Of a stretch of DNA of 64,000 nucleotides, positions 1 through 11,083 are shown one piece after another. The stretch's first letter is position 1, and each line of letters begins with the position of its first letter. The stretch comes from Phyllobates terribilis (Eukaryota): the NCBI RefSeq assembly GCF_046119375.1, contig NW_027362762.1, forward strand, positions 667,058,001 to 667,122,000, read 5' to 3'. The notes under the pieces are model-generated. The model had not been told where the DNA came from. It saw only the letters and a list, made by a program, of their open reading frames with translations, and made no database searches. A program made the translations under genes and the position numbers.

Positions 1-369
1 AGAACTGTGAGTAAAGGCCCTGGACTGCATCACTGACTCCGTGTCGTTACTGCTGCTGCCCTGCACCATCACCCCCATCCTCCGCATACACTGCCCTGAG
101 GCTATACTCCTCCCGTGGGGAGTTATGCTACGCTCTGCTGCACCCACAACACCAGCCTCAGCGGTCTGCCCTGGAGCGGCGGTTCACTCTGACCGCAATC
201 CACGGGTGGCGTAGTCGGACATTTAAACATCAAAACCACATAAATAGTTCCGCCACTGGTTTGACCGCCCTGAGCCACGGAACCGGGTCGCCGCCACGGA
301 TACTACAACCACCAGCATCCACCAAAAAGGGTCCGGCTCCGGGTGTCCCAAGGCCCAGGGGGCGCGTCA
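1..369 (+). mobile_element. Gypsy solo LTR, 3' part (cargo in hAT copy A)
   Basis: Ends GGGGCGCGTCA like the Gypsy LTR at 60848-61822, followed by GAAC (the 4-bp TSD deduced from copy C-right). Reverse complement of 58404-58772. Confidence 0.85.
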
Positions 370-820
370 GAACATTTTCATCACCTTTCACAATCACCAA
401 TGGGACAAGGCAGGGATGTTCTCTGTCCCCTCTCTTATACATCCTAGTGACGGAGCACCTGCTCTCATCAATTCGCCATAACCACAATATTAGGTGGATT
501 GAGGTGGGAGGCACCGAGTACAAGTGCTCTCTATTTGCTGATGATGTCCTAGTATATATCACTCAATCACATATATCCATCCATGCTGTTATGGCTGAAA
601 TAGATCACTTTGTTACATTGTCAAATTTTAAAATCAATGCAGCGAAGTCTGAGGCCCTCGATGTCTCCCTCCCCAAATCCATATAGGATTCCATCCAGTC
701 CAACTTTCCCTTTGCCTGGCCCTCACAGGGTATCAAATACTTAGGAATTCCTATTCATAGAGACCTCTCCCATCTATGTTATCTTAATTTTGGGCCCTTT
801 ATTGAACAACTCCATACAGA
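370..820 (+). pseudogene. L1/Tx1-type ORF2 reverse transcriptase fragment (cargo)
   Basis: Encodes NGTRQGCSLSPLLY and LFADDVLVY RT motifs and FKINAAKSE; same sequence as 7070-7505. Confidence 0.9.
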
Positions 821-891
821 CCACGGTTGGCAAGTTAGAACTGTAAGATTCACTACGTGAACCACTGGTGTTTTGTGGAAAAGCACATGTA

Positions 892-2255
892 CACTGTGTT
901 CCAAATTATTATGCAAAAAGTGTTTAGGAGTGATAAGGGAAGAATTTGTTTGTTTGTCAGTTAAACTCATTGATGGTGATGTGTGTCAGGGCTCTTTATA
1001 TCACTGTAAGCAATTGCAGACACCTGTGCTAATTAGTTTGGCAGGTGTGTCCAATGAAAGGCAAGACTACTTAAGAAGGCTGTCTCACATTATTAAGCAG
1101 CCTACATTTTCTGCCAAAATGGGAAAGAAAAAGGATGTGTCGGCTGCTGAGAAGCAACAAATTGTGGAGTGTTTAGGTCAAGGCATGACTACAATCAACA
1201 TTGTGCGATGATCAGGATGAAGTGTCTTGGCAATCAAGAAGTATGTAGCTGATTCACAGTACACACGTGTGCGTGCTGATAAGGGCAAATTGAGGACTCT
1301 TTCCTACAGGCAATTACGTCAGGTTGAAAGAGCAGCGGCAAAAAAGCCTTGTCAAAGCAGCAGATAAGTTTTTGAAGCTGCTGGTGCCTCCAACGTCCCC
1401 CGAACAACAAGATGCAGGGTCCTTCAGAGGTTTGCAGCTGTGCATACGCCATCCTGTCGACCTCCTCTATCCACTTCACACAAGCAGAAACGGCTCCAGT
1501 GGGCCAAACATTACATGAAGACTGATTTCAAAACTGTTTTGTTCACGGATGAGTGCCGTGCAGCGCTCGATGGTCCAGATGGATGGAGTGGAGGATGGCT
1601 GGTTGATGGACACCCCACGCAAACACGGCTACAGCGCCAACAAGGAGGAGGTGGAGTAATGTTTTGGGCTGGAATCATGGGGAGAGAGATTGTCGGCCCC
1701 TTTAGGATCCCTGAAGGCGCTAAAGATGAACTCCATAATGTATGTGGATTTTCTCAAACAGTACTTCCTGCCATGGTTCAAGAAGAAGAACCATGTATTT
1801 CACAGCAAGATCATTTTTTTGCATGATAATGCACCATCTCATGCTGCACATAAAACATCTGCATCTCTGGCTGATATGGGCATAAAAGGGGACAAACTTA
1901 TGGTGTGACCCCCATGCTCCCCTGACCTCTACCCCATTCAGAACCTTTGGAGCATCATTAAAAGGAGTGTCTATGATGGCGGGAGGCAGTTCACATCTAA
2001 GCAACAGCTCTGGGAGGGTATTCTGTCCTCATGCAAAACAATTGAAGCAGAAACCATCCAAAACCTGACAAATTCAATGGACGAGAGAGTTCAGAAGCTC
2101 CTTTCGAACAAGGGGTCCTATGTGAAAATGTAACATCACCTAGAATAAAGTTTTGAGTTGAAAACTGTTTGATTTCAGTTTCTAACAACCTGCTAATGCT
2201 TATAATTTTAAAAATGACCATTTTTTTGGTCTTTATTAAAATGAAAAGGTTGATC
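892..2255 (+). mobile_element. Tc1/mariner element (defective) nested in hAT copy A; transposase remnant 1119-2133
   Basis: TA then CACTGTGTTCCAAATTATTATGC terminal sequence; MGKKKDVSAAEK start; FTDEC, HDNAPSH and DLYPIQNLW motifs. Frameshifts present and right TIR missing. Confidence 0.9.
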
Positions 2256-2399
2256 GAAAAGTTTGGGGGATCTAAGAGTGTGGCAACCCAGTAGTCATGA
2301 TTACTTCAAATTCTGACAATATGAGGGTCATGCTGCAGGTAGTGCAGCAAGAAGGCACTTATGTGTCTTGCGCATCTCGGAGCCCCAAAATTATTTTCC

Positions 2400-2665
2400 G
2401 GGCTAGATGCAGCTAAAAATTATTATTAATTTTAAATCTGGTGAAGCTTTAGTATAGATGGCCTAATAGGATCAGTGCTGCACACTGCTACAAAGCCCAA
2501 ATTATTTTCCAGTCAAGATACAGATAAACATGATTAGTAATTTTAAATCTGGTGGAGCTTATTATAGATGGCCTAATAGAATCAGTGCTGCACACTGCTA
2601 CAAAGCCCAAATTATTTTCCAGCCAAGATACAGATAAACATGATTAGTAATTTGAAAGCTTAAAA
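2400..2665. repeat. ~110-bp hAT-internal tandem repeat, ~2.5 copies, downstream of the transposase
   Basis: Unit GATGGCCTAATAG..CACACTGCTACAAAGCCCAAATTATTTTCC..CAAGATACAGATAAAC repeated. Confidence 0.85.
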
Positions 2666-2701
2666 CGGTTGGTAGGGTGATTTTAACCAATCATCAAGCT
2701 T

Positions 2702-4133
2702 TTACTCTCCCCAGGATGACACAGGGGTAGAAAAGTCGTTTCGGATCCATGATTTGTTCATCTTTATGAACGTGAGTCTGTCTACATTATCAGTGGAGAG
2801 CCGCGTGCGCTTATCTGTCAGCACACCACCAGCAGCGCTGAACACACGTTCAGACAGAACGCTGGCTGCGGGGCATGACAAGATCTCCAAGGCGTAAGTG
2901 GCTAGCTCCGGCCATTTATCCAGATTGGAAGCCCAAAAAGAGCAAGGGTCCAGTGACACAGTCATGGCTTCAATGTTTACTTGGAGATACTCCTGTACCA
3001 TCGTCTCTAGGCGTTGACTATGTGTCAGACTTCTTGTCTCCTGTGGCCTTGCAAAGGATGGGCTAAAAAAGTGGTGAAATGATTCCGCAAAATTGATGTT
3101 ACCAGCAGATACTGTGGTTCTGTTATGGTTTGAGTGCTGAACACTTGACGGTCCCACGGTTGGCAAGTTGGAACTGTGAGATTCACTACGTGCAACACTG
3201 GTATTTTGTGGAAAAGCACATGTAAGATTCTGCAACAGTCTCTGCTGATACTCCTGCATGCGTGCATCTCTTTCTATGGCAGGAATAATTTCTGCAAATT
3301 TACTTTTGTACCGGGGATCTAACAGTGTGGCAACCCAGTAGTCAGGATTATTTCTAATTCTCACAATTCGAGGGTCATGTTGCAGGTAGTGCAGCAAGAA
3401 GGCACTCATGTGTCTTGCGCATCCAGGAGCACCAAGTCCCTGTTGTGTTGGTGGCGAGGTAACAATCATGCTTCCTTCCTCTGCCCTCTAGCCCCAACCT
3501 CGCACAACAGAAATGTGATCATGGTCTCCCTCATCTGATGAGTCTTCCATCAGTCGTCCTCCACTTCTTCCTGGGCTCCTGCACCTTCCTCACTAGTTTG
3601 GCTGCTACCATGCGCCCTGGTAAAACCATCTCCCCCACCCTCACATGCTTGCCGCCTTGGTGCTGCCGACCGTCTGGACCTTGCAGATGTTAGCCCTTCC
3701 GCATACAACTCCTCCTCCTCTACCTCCTCTTGTGCCACCACCTGACTCCGAATTCTGTTTAACATGTGCTCCAGCATGTAAATCACCAGAATAGTCATGC
3801 AGATAATGGCATCGTCAGCAATAAACATCTTCGTCGCCATTTCAAAACTGTGCAGAAGGGTGCATAGGTCCCTGATCTGAGACCACTCCTCCATCGTGAT
3901 TTGCCCCACCTCTGGATCTCGTTGGCCCAGGCTATACATCAGAATGTATTGCACCAGGGCTTGTCGGTGCTGCCACAGTCGCTGCAACATGTGCAGAGTT
4001 GAATTCCACCCGGTAGGCACATCGCATTTTAGCCAGTGAAGTGGCAGGCCCAACGGCTTCAGTAGAGATGTAAGTCGCTGAGCTGCGGGATGCGAACGGC
4101 GGAAGTGAGCACACAGCGACCGTGCCCTCTGTA
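2702..4133 (-). pseudogene. hAT transposase C-terminal half (copy A)
   Basis: ORFs 2702-3469 and 3550-4053: LKCDVPTGWNST, YWVATLLDPRYK, and dimerisation domain WPELATYALEILSCPAASVLSERVFS. Confidence 0.92.
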
Positions 4134-5218
4134 TGGAGTATGTATACAGTATGGAGGACTATGTGATGCCCATAATACTGTATGGAGGACTATGTGGTGC
4201 CCATAACAGTGTATGGAGGACTATATGGTGCCCATAACACTGTATGGAGGACTATGTGGTGCCCATAACACTGTGTGGAGAACTGTGTGGTGCCCATAAT
4301 ACTTTATGGAGGACAGTGTGGTGCCCATAATACTGTATGGTGGACTATGTGGTGCCAATAATACTGTATGGAGGACTATGTGGTGCACACTCTACTGTAT
4401 GGAGGACTATGTGGTGCCCATAATACTGTATGAAGGACTATGTGGTGCCCATAATACTGTATGGACAACTATGTGGTGCCTATAATACTGTATGGAGGAC
4501 TATGTGGTGCCCATAATACTGTATGGAGGACTATGTGATGCCCATAATACTGTATGGAGGACTATGTGATGCCCATAATACTGTATGAAGGACTATGTGG
4601 TGCCCATAACAGGGTATGGAGGACTATGTGGTGCCCATAACACTGTATGGAGTACTATGTGGTGCCCATAACACTGTATGTAGGACTGTGTGGTGCCCAT
4701 AATACTGTATGGAGGACTATGTGGTGCCCATAACAGTGTATGGAGGACTATATGGTGCCCATAACACTGTATGGAGTACTATGTGGTGCCCATAACACTG
4801 TATGGAGGACTGTGTGGTGCCCATAATACTGTATGGAGAACTATGTGGTGCCTATAACGCTGTATGGAGGCCTAAGTGGTGCCCATAACAGTACATGGAG
4901 GACTATGTGGTGCCCATAACAGTGTATGGAGGACTATGTGGTGCCAATAACACTGTATGGAGGACTATGTGGTGCCCATAACACTGTATGGAGGACTATG
5001 TGGTGACCATAATACTGTATGGAGAACTATGTGGTGCCTATAATACTGTATAGAGGCCTATGTGGTGCCTATAATACTGTATGGAGGACTATGTGATGCC
5101 CATAATATTGTATTGAGGACTATGTGGTGTCCATAACAGTGTATGGAGGACTATATGGTGCCCATAACACTGTATGGAGGACTATGTGGTACCCATAATA
5201 CTGTATGGAGGACTATAC
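4134..5218. repeat. 31-bp minisatellite, ~35 copies
   Basis: Unit GGACTATGTGGTGCCCATAATACTGTATGGA tandemly repeated. Confidence 0.97.
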
Positions 5219-5945
5219 TGTCTGGTCTCCACTGTGCACTGCGAGGATTCGCCGGTTTCTGAGCTATTGTAGAATTTAAAATAGGCTAGAATTATAACTC
5301 GTTTGAAGCCAGGAAAATGCCCGGGGGTTCGGGAGAACTATAGACCCATTTCTCTTTTGAACTGTGATGTTAAAATATTTTCAAAATGAATAGCTTCTGG
5401 GGTAAGTAAGGTGATACCTCACTTAGTGGCCCAGACCAGGTTGGATTTGTGACAGGACGGTAAAGCGAAGGATGGAACGAGATGGATGATAAATTTAATT
5501 ACGATAGCAGAGCTGTCCGGTAATCCTAGTGCACTCTTGTCCTTGTATGCCGAGACGGCCTTTGATCGGGTGCACTGGGGATACCTGGAGGAAGTTTTCA
5601 CAAAATTTGGTCTCTTGGGTTTTATTAGATCTGTAACTAGATCCTTGTTTTCCAATCCTAGGGCAGTGGTTTCATCTCCGGGTTCTATGTCCTCTAAGTT
5701 TAATATCACTAATGGAACCCTCCAGGGGTGCCCACTATCCCCAATTATTTTACATTGGAACCTTTGGCGGAGTCCATCCTTGTTAATCCAGATATTTCAG
5801 ACATAAAAGTAGGTGATTTGGATCATGTAATCGGACTTTATTCGGACAATGTTATTTTAACGTGCACAAATGCGGAAAAATCCCTCCAGGCCATTAACAG
5901 AAATTTGGTGAATCTTTCCGCTGTTTCATACTATAAACTTAACGG
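5219..5945 (+). pseudogene. L1 ORF2 RT fragment, left part (target of hAT copy B)
   Basis: LSLYAETAFDRVHW, NGTLQGCPLSP, YSDNV motifs; reading continues YYKLNG|SKAL across the hAT insertion. Confidence 0.88.
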
Positions 5946-6431
5946 TAGAGTTGAGCCACCCCCGTAGTGTTCGAGTTCGGTTCGTCGAACACCCGTATGT
6001 TCGTCGAACTGTTCGTTGAACACCTGCGAACACCGTTAAAACCAATGGCAGGCAAACAAAAACACATAGAAACACACAGAAAACACCTTCAAAGGTGTCC
6101 AAAAGCTGACAAACTGCTCAGAAGACACAACTAACACATGGAAAAGTGACAAGTACATATAGTCATGCGAAAAGAAAAGAGGAGGAGGAGTAAAAGGAGG
6201 GGGAGACACAGATATAGGCATGTCATGCCCTTCTAAAACCAAAAAAGTGCGAAGCTGACACGGCCAGTCCGTTCCTGCCCGTGCGACCTCCGTGTCGCCG
6301 GGTTTGTGCCAGAGCTGCGGTGGACCCTGACGGCCAGCCCCCCTCTCCCAATACTGGTGCCTGTCCGCTGGTGGGTCGAGCGAGCCCCCCTGCGGTTGAG
6401 GCAGGTCTAAGCTTTTTAATTTAAATTGTCT

Positions 6432-6699
6432 CTGTAATTTGAATGAGTACACTTTAAATCCTTTTACAAGAATCTCTGGAGGGCAAGTCTCATGCCAGCA
6501 GCCGCGTAATTCCAGCTCCAGTAGCGTCCACTAAAGCTGCTGCAGTTAAAAAGCTTTTATAAGGATCGAGCTTGGCGGTCCACCGCAAGGCGTCCCACTG
6601 CCAGTCCCAGCCCCTGTGCCTTGGGGTGCCTCCACGATGCTCTTCACTGAGTGTCCCGGGGGCCCGAAGCATTTCCTTTGAAAAAATTAAGTGTCCAAA
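6432..6699 (+). pseudogene. 18S rRNA fragment (530-loop/helix 18 region into V4) inside hAT copy B
   Basis: Colinear with eukaryotic 18S: CTGTAATT.GAATGAGT.CACTTTAAATCC...GGAGGGCAAGTCT..TGCCAGCAGCCGCG-TAATTCCAGCTCC...GCTGCAGTTAAAAAGCT...GATGCTCTT..CTGAGTGTCCC..GGGCCCGAAGC.TTT.CTTTGAAAAAATTA. Degenerate and partial. Confidence 0.92.
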
Positions 6700-6904
6700 C
6701 TACAGGTGGTGTAGCTTGCTTAACAGGTGGGATAATAAGCTGACTAGCAGACACTGCTACCACGTCCAAAGTATTTCCTGGGCTAGATGCAGTTAAAAAT
6801 TTGTAATTAGATCTACAGGCGGTGGCTACTCCGCTGACTAGCAGACACTGCTACTAGGCCCAAAGTATTGCCTGGGCTAGATGCAGTTAAAAATTTGTAA
6901 TTAG

Positions 6905-7660
6905 ATACTCTCGTTGGATGCTGAGAAAGCATTCCATAAAGTCTCCTGGCACGCCATATATTATTCTCTTAAAAAGCTTGGGGTAGGGGTCTAGGGGACC
7001 CTTTTATAGCCAGAATCATGGCCCTGTATCGCAATCCGTCAGCTAGGCTGAAGATAAATGGAACATTGTCATCACCTTTCATAATGACCAATGGGACAAG
7101 GCAGGGATGTCCTCTGTCCCCTCTCTTATACATCCTAGTGACGGAGCACCTGCTCTCATCAATTCGCCATAACCCCAATATTAGGTGGATTGAGGTGGGA
7201 GGCACCGAGTACAAGTGCTCTGCATTTGCTGATGATGTCTTAGTATATATCACTCAATCACATATATCCATCCCTACTGTTATGGCTGAAATAGATCACC
7301 TTGTTACATGGTCAAATTTTAAAATCAATGCAGCGAAGTCTGAGGCCCTCGATGTCTCCCTCCCCAAATCCATACAGGATTCCATCCAGTGCAACTTTCC
7401 CTTTGCCTGGCCCTCACAGGGTATCAAATACTTAGGAATTCGTATTCATAGAGACCTCTCCCGTCTATTTTATCTTAATTTTGGGCCCTTTATTGAACAA
7501 CTCCATAAAGATCTTACTTCTTGGATGGTGAAGGATTTTTCCTGGTTCGGCAGAATAAGTATACTAAAAATGAACGTCCTACCTAAACTCTTATACCTCT
7601 TCCAAACCATTCCCTTGGTAATTCCCTCAAATTTTTGGAAAAGACTACGCAGTAGCTTTT
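6905..7660 (+). pseudogene. L1 ORF2 RT fragment (cargo in hAT copy B, not interrupted by an LTR)
   Basis: LSLDAEKAFHKVSW, ORF 7018-7662 with QGCPLSPLLY, FADD, YLGI, GRISILKMNVLPKLLYLFQ. Confidence 0.92.
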
Positions 7661-7910
7661 AGTCTCCCCAGGATGACACAGGTGGGGCAGATGGTGGTTG
7701 TCCCAACCTGCTAGGCCGCATTGTAGCACAGTGAGCTTCGCACTGCAACTTATGCTTCATATCCATGTGACGGTTCATGCATGAAGTACTCAAACTATGT
7801 ATTTTTTGGCCTCTACTTAGCTTTTGGTGACAAATGTTACAGATAACACGAGTTGGGTCATCCTTAGCGATCTGAAAAAATGCACAGGCTATGCAAGGTT
7901 TAGAGCCCAT
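7659..7910 (-). pseudogene. Deletion-derived BED-finger-only hAT mini-ORF (83 aa)
   Basis: MGSKPC..CNICHQKLSRG..CMNRHMDMKH fused in frame to the transposase terminal PVSSWGD*. Confidence 0.7.
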
Positions 7911-8519
7911 GCGACTCTGCTACTAGCAATACTATCAAATGATTGGCTGGGTTAGATGCAGAGCATCTGGGTTTGGTTGAGGGTCCCCACAGTCTGCCTA
8001 GGCTAGATGCAGTTAAAAATTCTCATTAGATACACAGGCGGTGTAGCTTGCTTCGCAGCTGGGCTAATACGCCCTGTCAGGCAAAATGTATTTTTGGTCC
8101 CAGTTTTAAAAAATGAAAGCTGTCTTAAATTTCCACCCCTGTCCATTGGTAAGACATAGAACTGCAGTGCTGGCCCCCACCCTAAGAATTTTTATTAGCG
8201 TCGTAAACCCTCAGTGTAGAGCAGTTTCTAGCTCAAACTAGATTATTCCCTCCAAAATTCCCATTGTTTAAAAGCTTGTACAGTTAATGTAGAATTTAGT
8301 ACCGCACAGGACTGTCACTAACCGAAGGACCACATTTTTGGAATGCTCACATTTTCCTGGTTACAATGATATATTTTTCATAACTGGGATACCCCCAGAA
8401 ATCGAGGAATTGGTTTCTTAGCTTCAGAGCATCATAGAGAGGTCCTGTTTAATATCCATCTGCTTGAAAATTAGTGACGGCCAACATGATGTCTCCATCT
8501 TGGATGTGGGACCCCCCCC

Positions 8520-9255
8520 CCACACCAAGATATGAAATCTGAAGGTTTTTATGTTCTATGCAGCTGGGTGGTTTCACAAAACCGAGCCCCCTTGTGAGGT
8601 GAACAAAATGGGTGTTTCCTAATCGTTTGGCCCGTTAGTAAAAACCAGAACGGCCATTTTCCAAGTCATTCTTCTCAGGGACGTCAGACGCATGCCCACC
8701 ACGCTGCGTAGAAGAATCACCTCTAAATTCCGGGGAGCTGTCCCCCCCACAGAATCTGAGACCCTCACCTTGTGAAGCAGGTTTTGCTATTACTTATCCC
8801 TTTTATTTTAATAACTGTTTATGCATATATGTAAATTGTCTCTTTTGTAATATCTTGTATATATTTTGTAAACACTGCCCCCCTTTTGGGAGTAAATCCT
8901 TAATATTTACCAGTTTCGTTCTTCATGTCCTATGTCGAGCAAACACATTCCTCACCCGCTAATTCACGTTACCTACCAGGTACCTGATCCACCTGTTAAG
9001 CGATCGGTGGTGGCAGTATACCAGTATTTATGTGATATTGTGGTTTGAGGGTGGCTGGTCAGAGGTATATACGTTCCTGGAAGGAACTGGTGGTATATAT
9101 ACGTCCTGCCACATCACGTGCAGCAATAGTCGACATAAAATAGAGCAGCTGCATCCGTGCTTATCCTCGGTCAATACCGTGTTTGACCAGCAGGATAAGG
9201 GGGCGCCAGAGAGCTGCAAGGTCTGACCCAAAAGTGGGTGTCATTTTCGTGACAC
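8520..9255. mobile_element. Possible LTR-retroelement LTR/leader fragment (cargo in copy B)
   Basis: Absent from other hAT copies; AT-rich U3-like tract, TGGTGGCAG motif, ends ...CGTGACA. No coding support. Confidence 0.3.
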
Positions 9256-9689
9256 GCCCAAAGTATTGGTAGACTCTATACTAAATAAGGAAGGATTCAC
9301 TGACTGTGGTGGCCCCTCCGTGGGCCATGGCGATTGGTGGAGATTTGGTGGATGATTATAGGAGAAAGCTCCTTAATAGAGAAAGTTGGTGGATTTATAC
9401 TTTAAATACACGTGTACCAGCGGGTTTAAACATCAGACATGATTTGATGTATGAGATTATGAGTGATCATTTATAGATTATTATTATATGTATGTTCCCT
9501 TTTTCTTCTTTTCTTTTTGATTATTTACATTTATATGCATTGTTTCTATGCTATACGATTTTAACATGGTGCATGTGTTTAAATTTCTGATTAACTCAGC
9601 CTTGAACAGGTGCATAGCAGGACATGACATATAAATACCACTTCCTTGCTGTTTTTTTGCTATGCAATGATTAAGAACTCGTATATATA

Positions 9690-10245
9690 TTGTGCAGAAA
9701 GAAGGGTGAAAGTCCGCCCAGGCGGGAGGAAATTGGAGTTTCATAACACATATTTGAACTGGAGAGGTATTAGAGGCCTGCAATGGCCACAGGTACTAAT
9801 GGAGGTAATCAAGGCAGGGAGAGAGGCAAGAGGTCCGGTCATCTTAGTTATACAGGCCGGGGGAAATCACATAGCTTACCACAAGAGCGCATAACTAATG
9901 GCAATAATGAAACTAGACACTGAGCGCTTCAGAGAATTTTTCACAAAACTAACTATAGTATGGTCAGAGATTGTGCCGAGAACGGTATAGCAAGGTGCGT
10001 GAGACATCACGCCCATCGAACGGACAAGTCAGGTAATAAATATTCGGATGGCAAAATTTATAAGAGACAGAGGCCGTGTAGTGATACGACACCAACAAAT
10101 GGAAGGAGATAAAGCAGGCCTCATACGGCCCGATGGTGTTCACTTAATGGATATTGGACTGGACATATTCCTGTCAGGACTCCAGGACGGAGTGGAACAA
10201 GCGTTAAGAGTGATGGATGGGGGTCGGAGTCCTGCATACAAGTAA
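9690..10245 (+). pseudogene. SGNH-hydrolase ORF remnant, probably from a DIRS/Ngaro tyrosine-recombinase retrotransposon
   Basis: W-GIRGLQW, VILVIQAGGNH, IVWSEIVPR and RPDGVHL motifs in ORFs 9646-9894 and 10048-10245, with stops between them. Confidence 0.7.
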
Positions 10246-11083
10246 GCAGGATCCTCCGTGGCCTGGAAATAGAAAGGACATGTTGGAGAGTTACACTTGT
10301 TGGCCAACTTGCCGTTGTGTAGACTGGAGACACAGGGCATGCTGCAACAAGCTGAATTATTTTAGAAATAAAATGCATTTCTAATGGAATGAGTATAAAC
10401 AGTTAATAAAGCTGTGAACGATCCTCACCCATCCAGTTGTAAGAGTTACATGATTGTATTGTCAATAAAAGGGGGGCATTAGGGGGCTGAGCGTCTGGGT
10501 TTGGTTAGTGGTCCCCACAGTCTGCCTAGGCTAGATGCATTTAAAAATCATTATTAGATACACAGGCGGTGCAGCTTGCTTCGCAGCTGGGTTACTACGC
10601 TGACTAGCAGACACTGAAGCTTTTGAGCAGACCTCTGAGTAAACAGCTCTTCAGACTCAACCATCTGTGTTACCCCAAGCCATAGTGTATGTATTTTCTT
10701 ACGGTTAAAAGGGGGGGGGGGAGAACCAACCCACCTCTAATTGACGATGGCAACGTCACGTAAAACAAAGCAAGGGAACTCCAAAAAGAGTCTCCATTTT
10801 TTCCAAAAATTTGAGGCACAGACACCACTTAAGTGGCATCAATTGCCCCAGAGTTGCTTAAAACGGTTGGTTAGAATGAGTACCACAAAATTATTTTCCA
10901 GACAAGATGCAGCTAAAAATTATTAGTAATTTGCAAACTGGTAGTATAGATGGCATAATAGAATGAGTACCGCACACTGCTACAGGCCCAAAATTATTTT
11001 CCAGACAAGATGCAGCTAAAAATTATTAGTAATTTGAAAGCTTAAAATGGTTGGTGAGGTGATTTTACGAAATCCTCCAGCTT

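Larger units (their letters stand above)
1..4133 (-). mobile_element. Large hAT transposon, copy A (runs off the window start; transposase truncated by a minisatellite at 4134)
   Basis: Reverse-complement sister of ~54745-58772, with the same order: LTR, L1, Tc1, 110-bp repeats, transposase 3' half. Confidence 0.9.

Noticed and set aside
6432-6699. Functional 18S rRNA gene or rDNA unit
   Set aside because: Only ~270 bp, mutated in universally conserved positions, no 5.8S or 28S nearby, and embedded in a transposon.
8110-8520. Possible retroelement coding remnant on the minus strand
   Set aside because: Only a weak WKFKTAF-like resemblance, with stops in the frames examined; cannot be assigned.
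10700-10860. Possible L1 ORF1 N-terminus (MATSRKTKQGNSKK)
   Set aside because: Too short to support by eye; it runs into hAT repeat sequence. Needs a database search.
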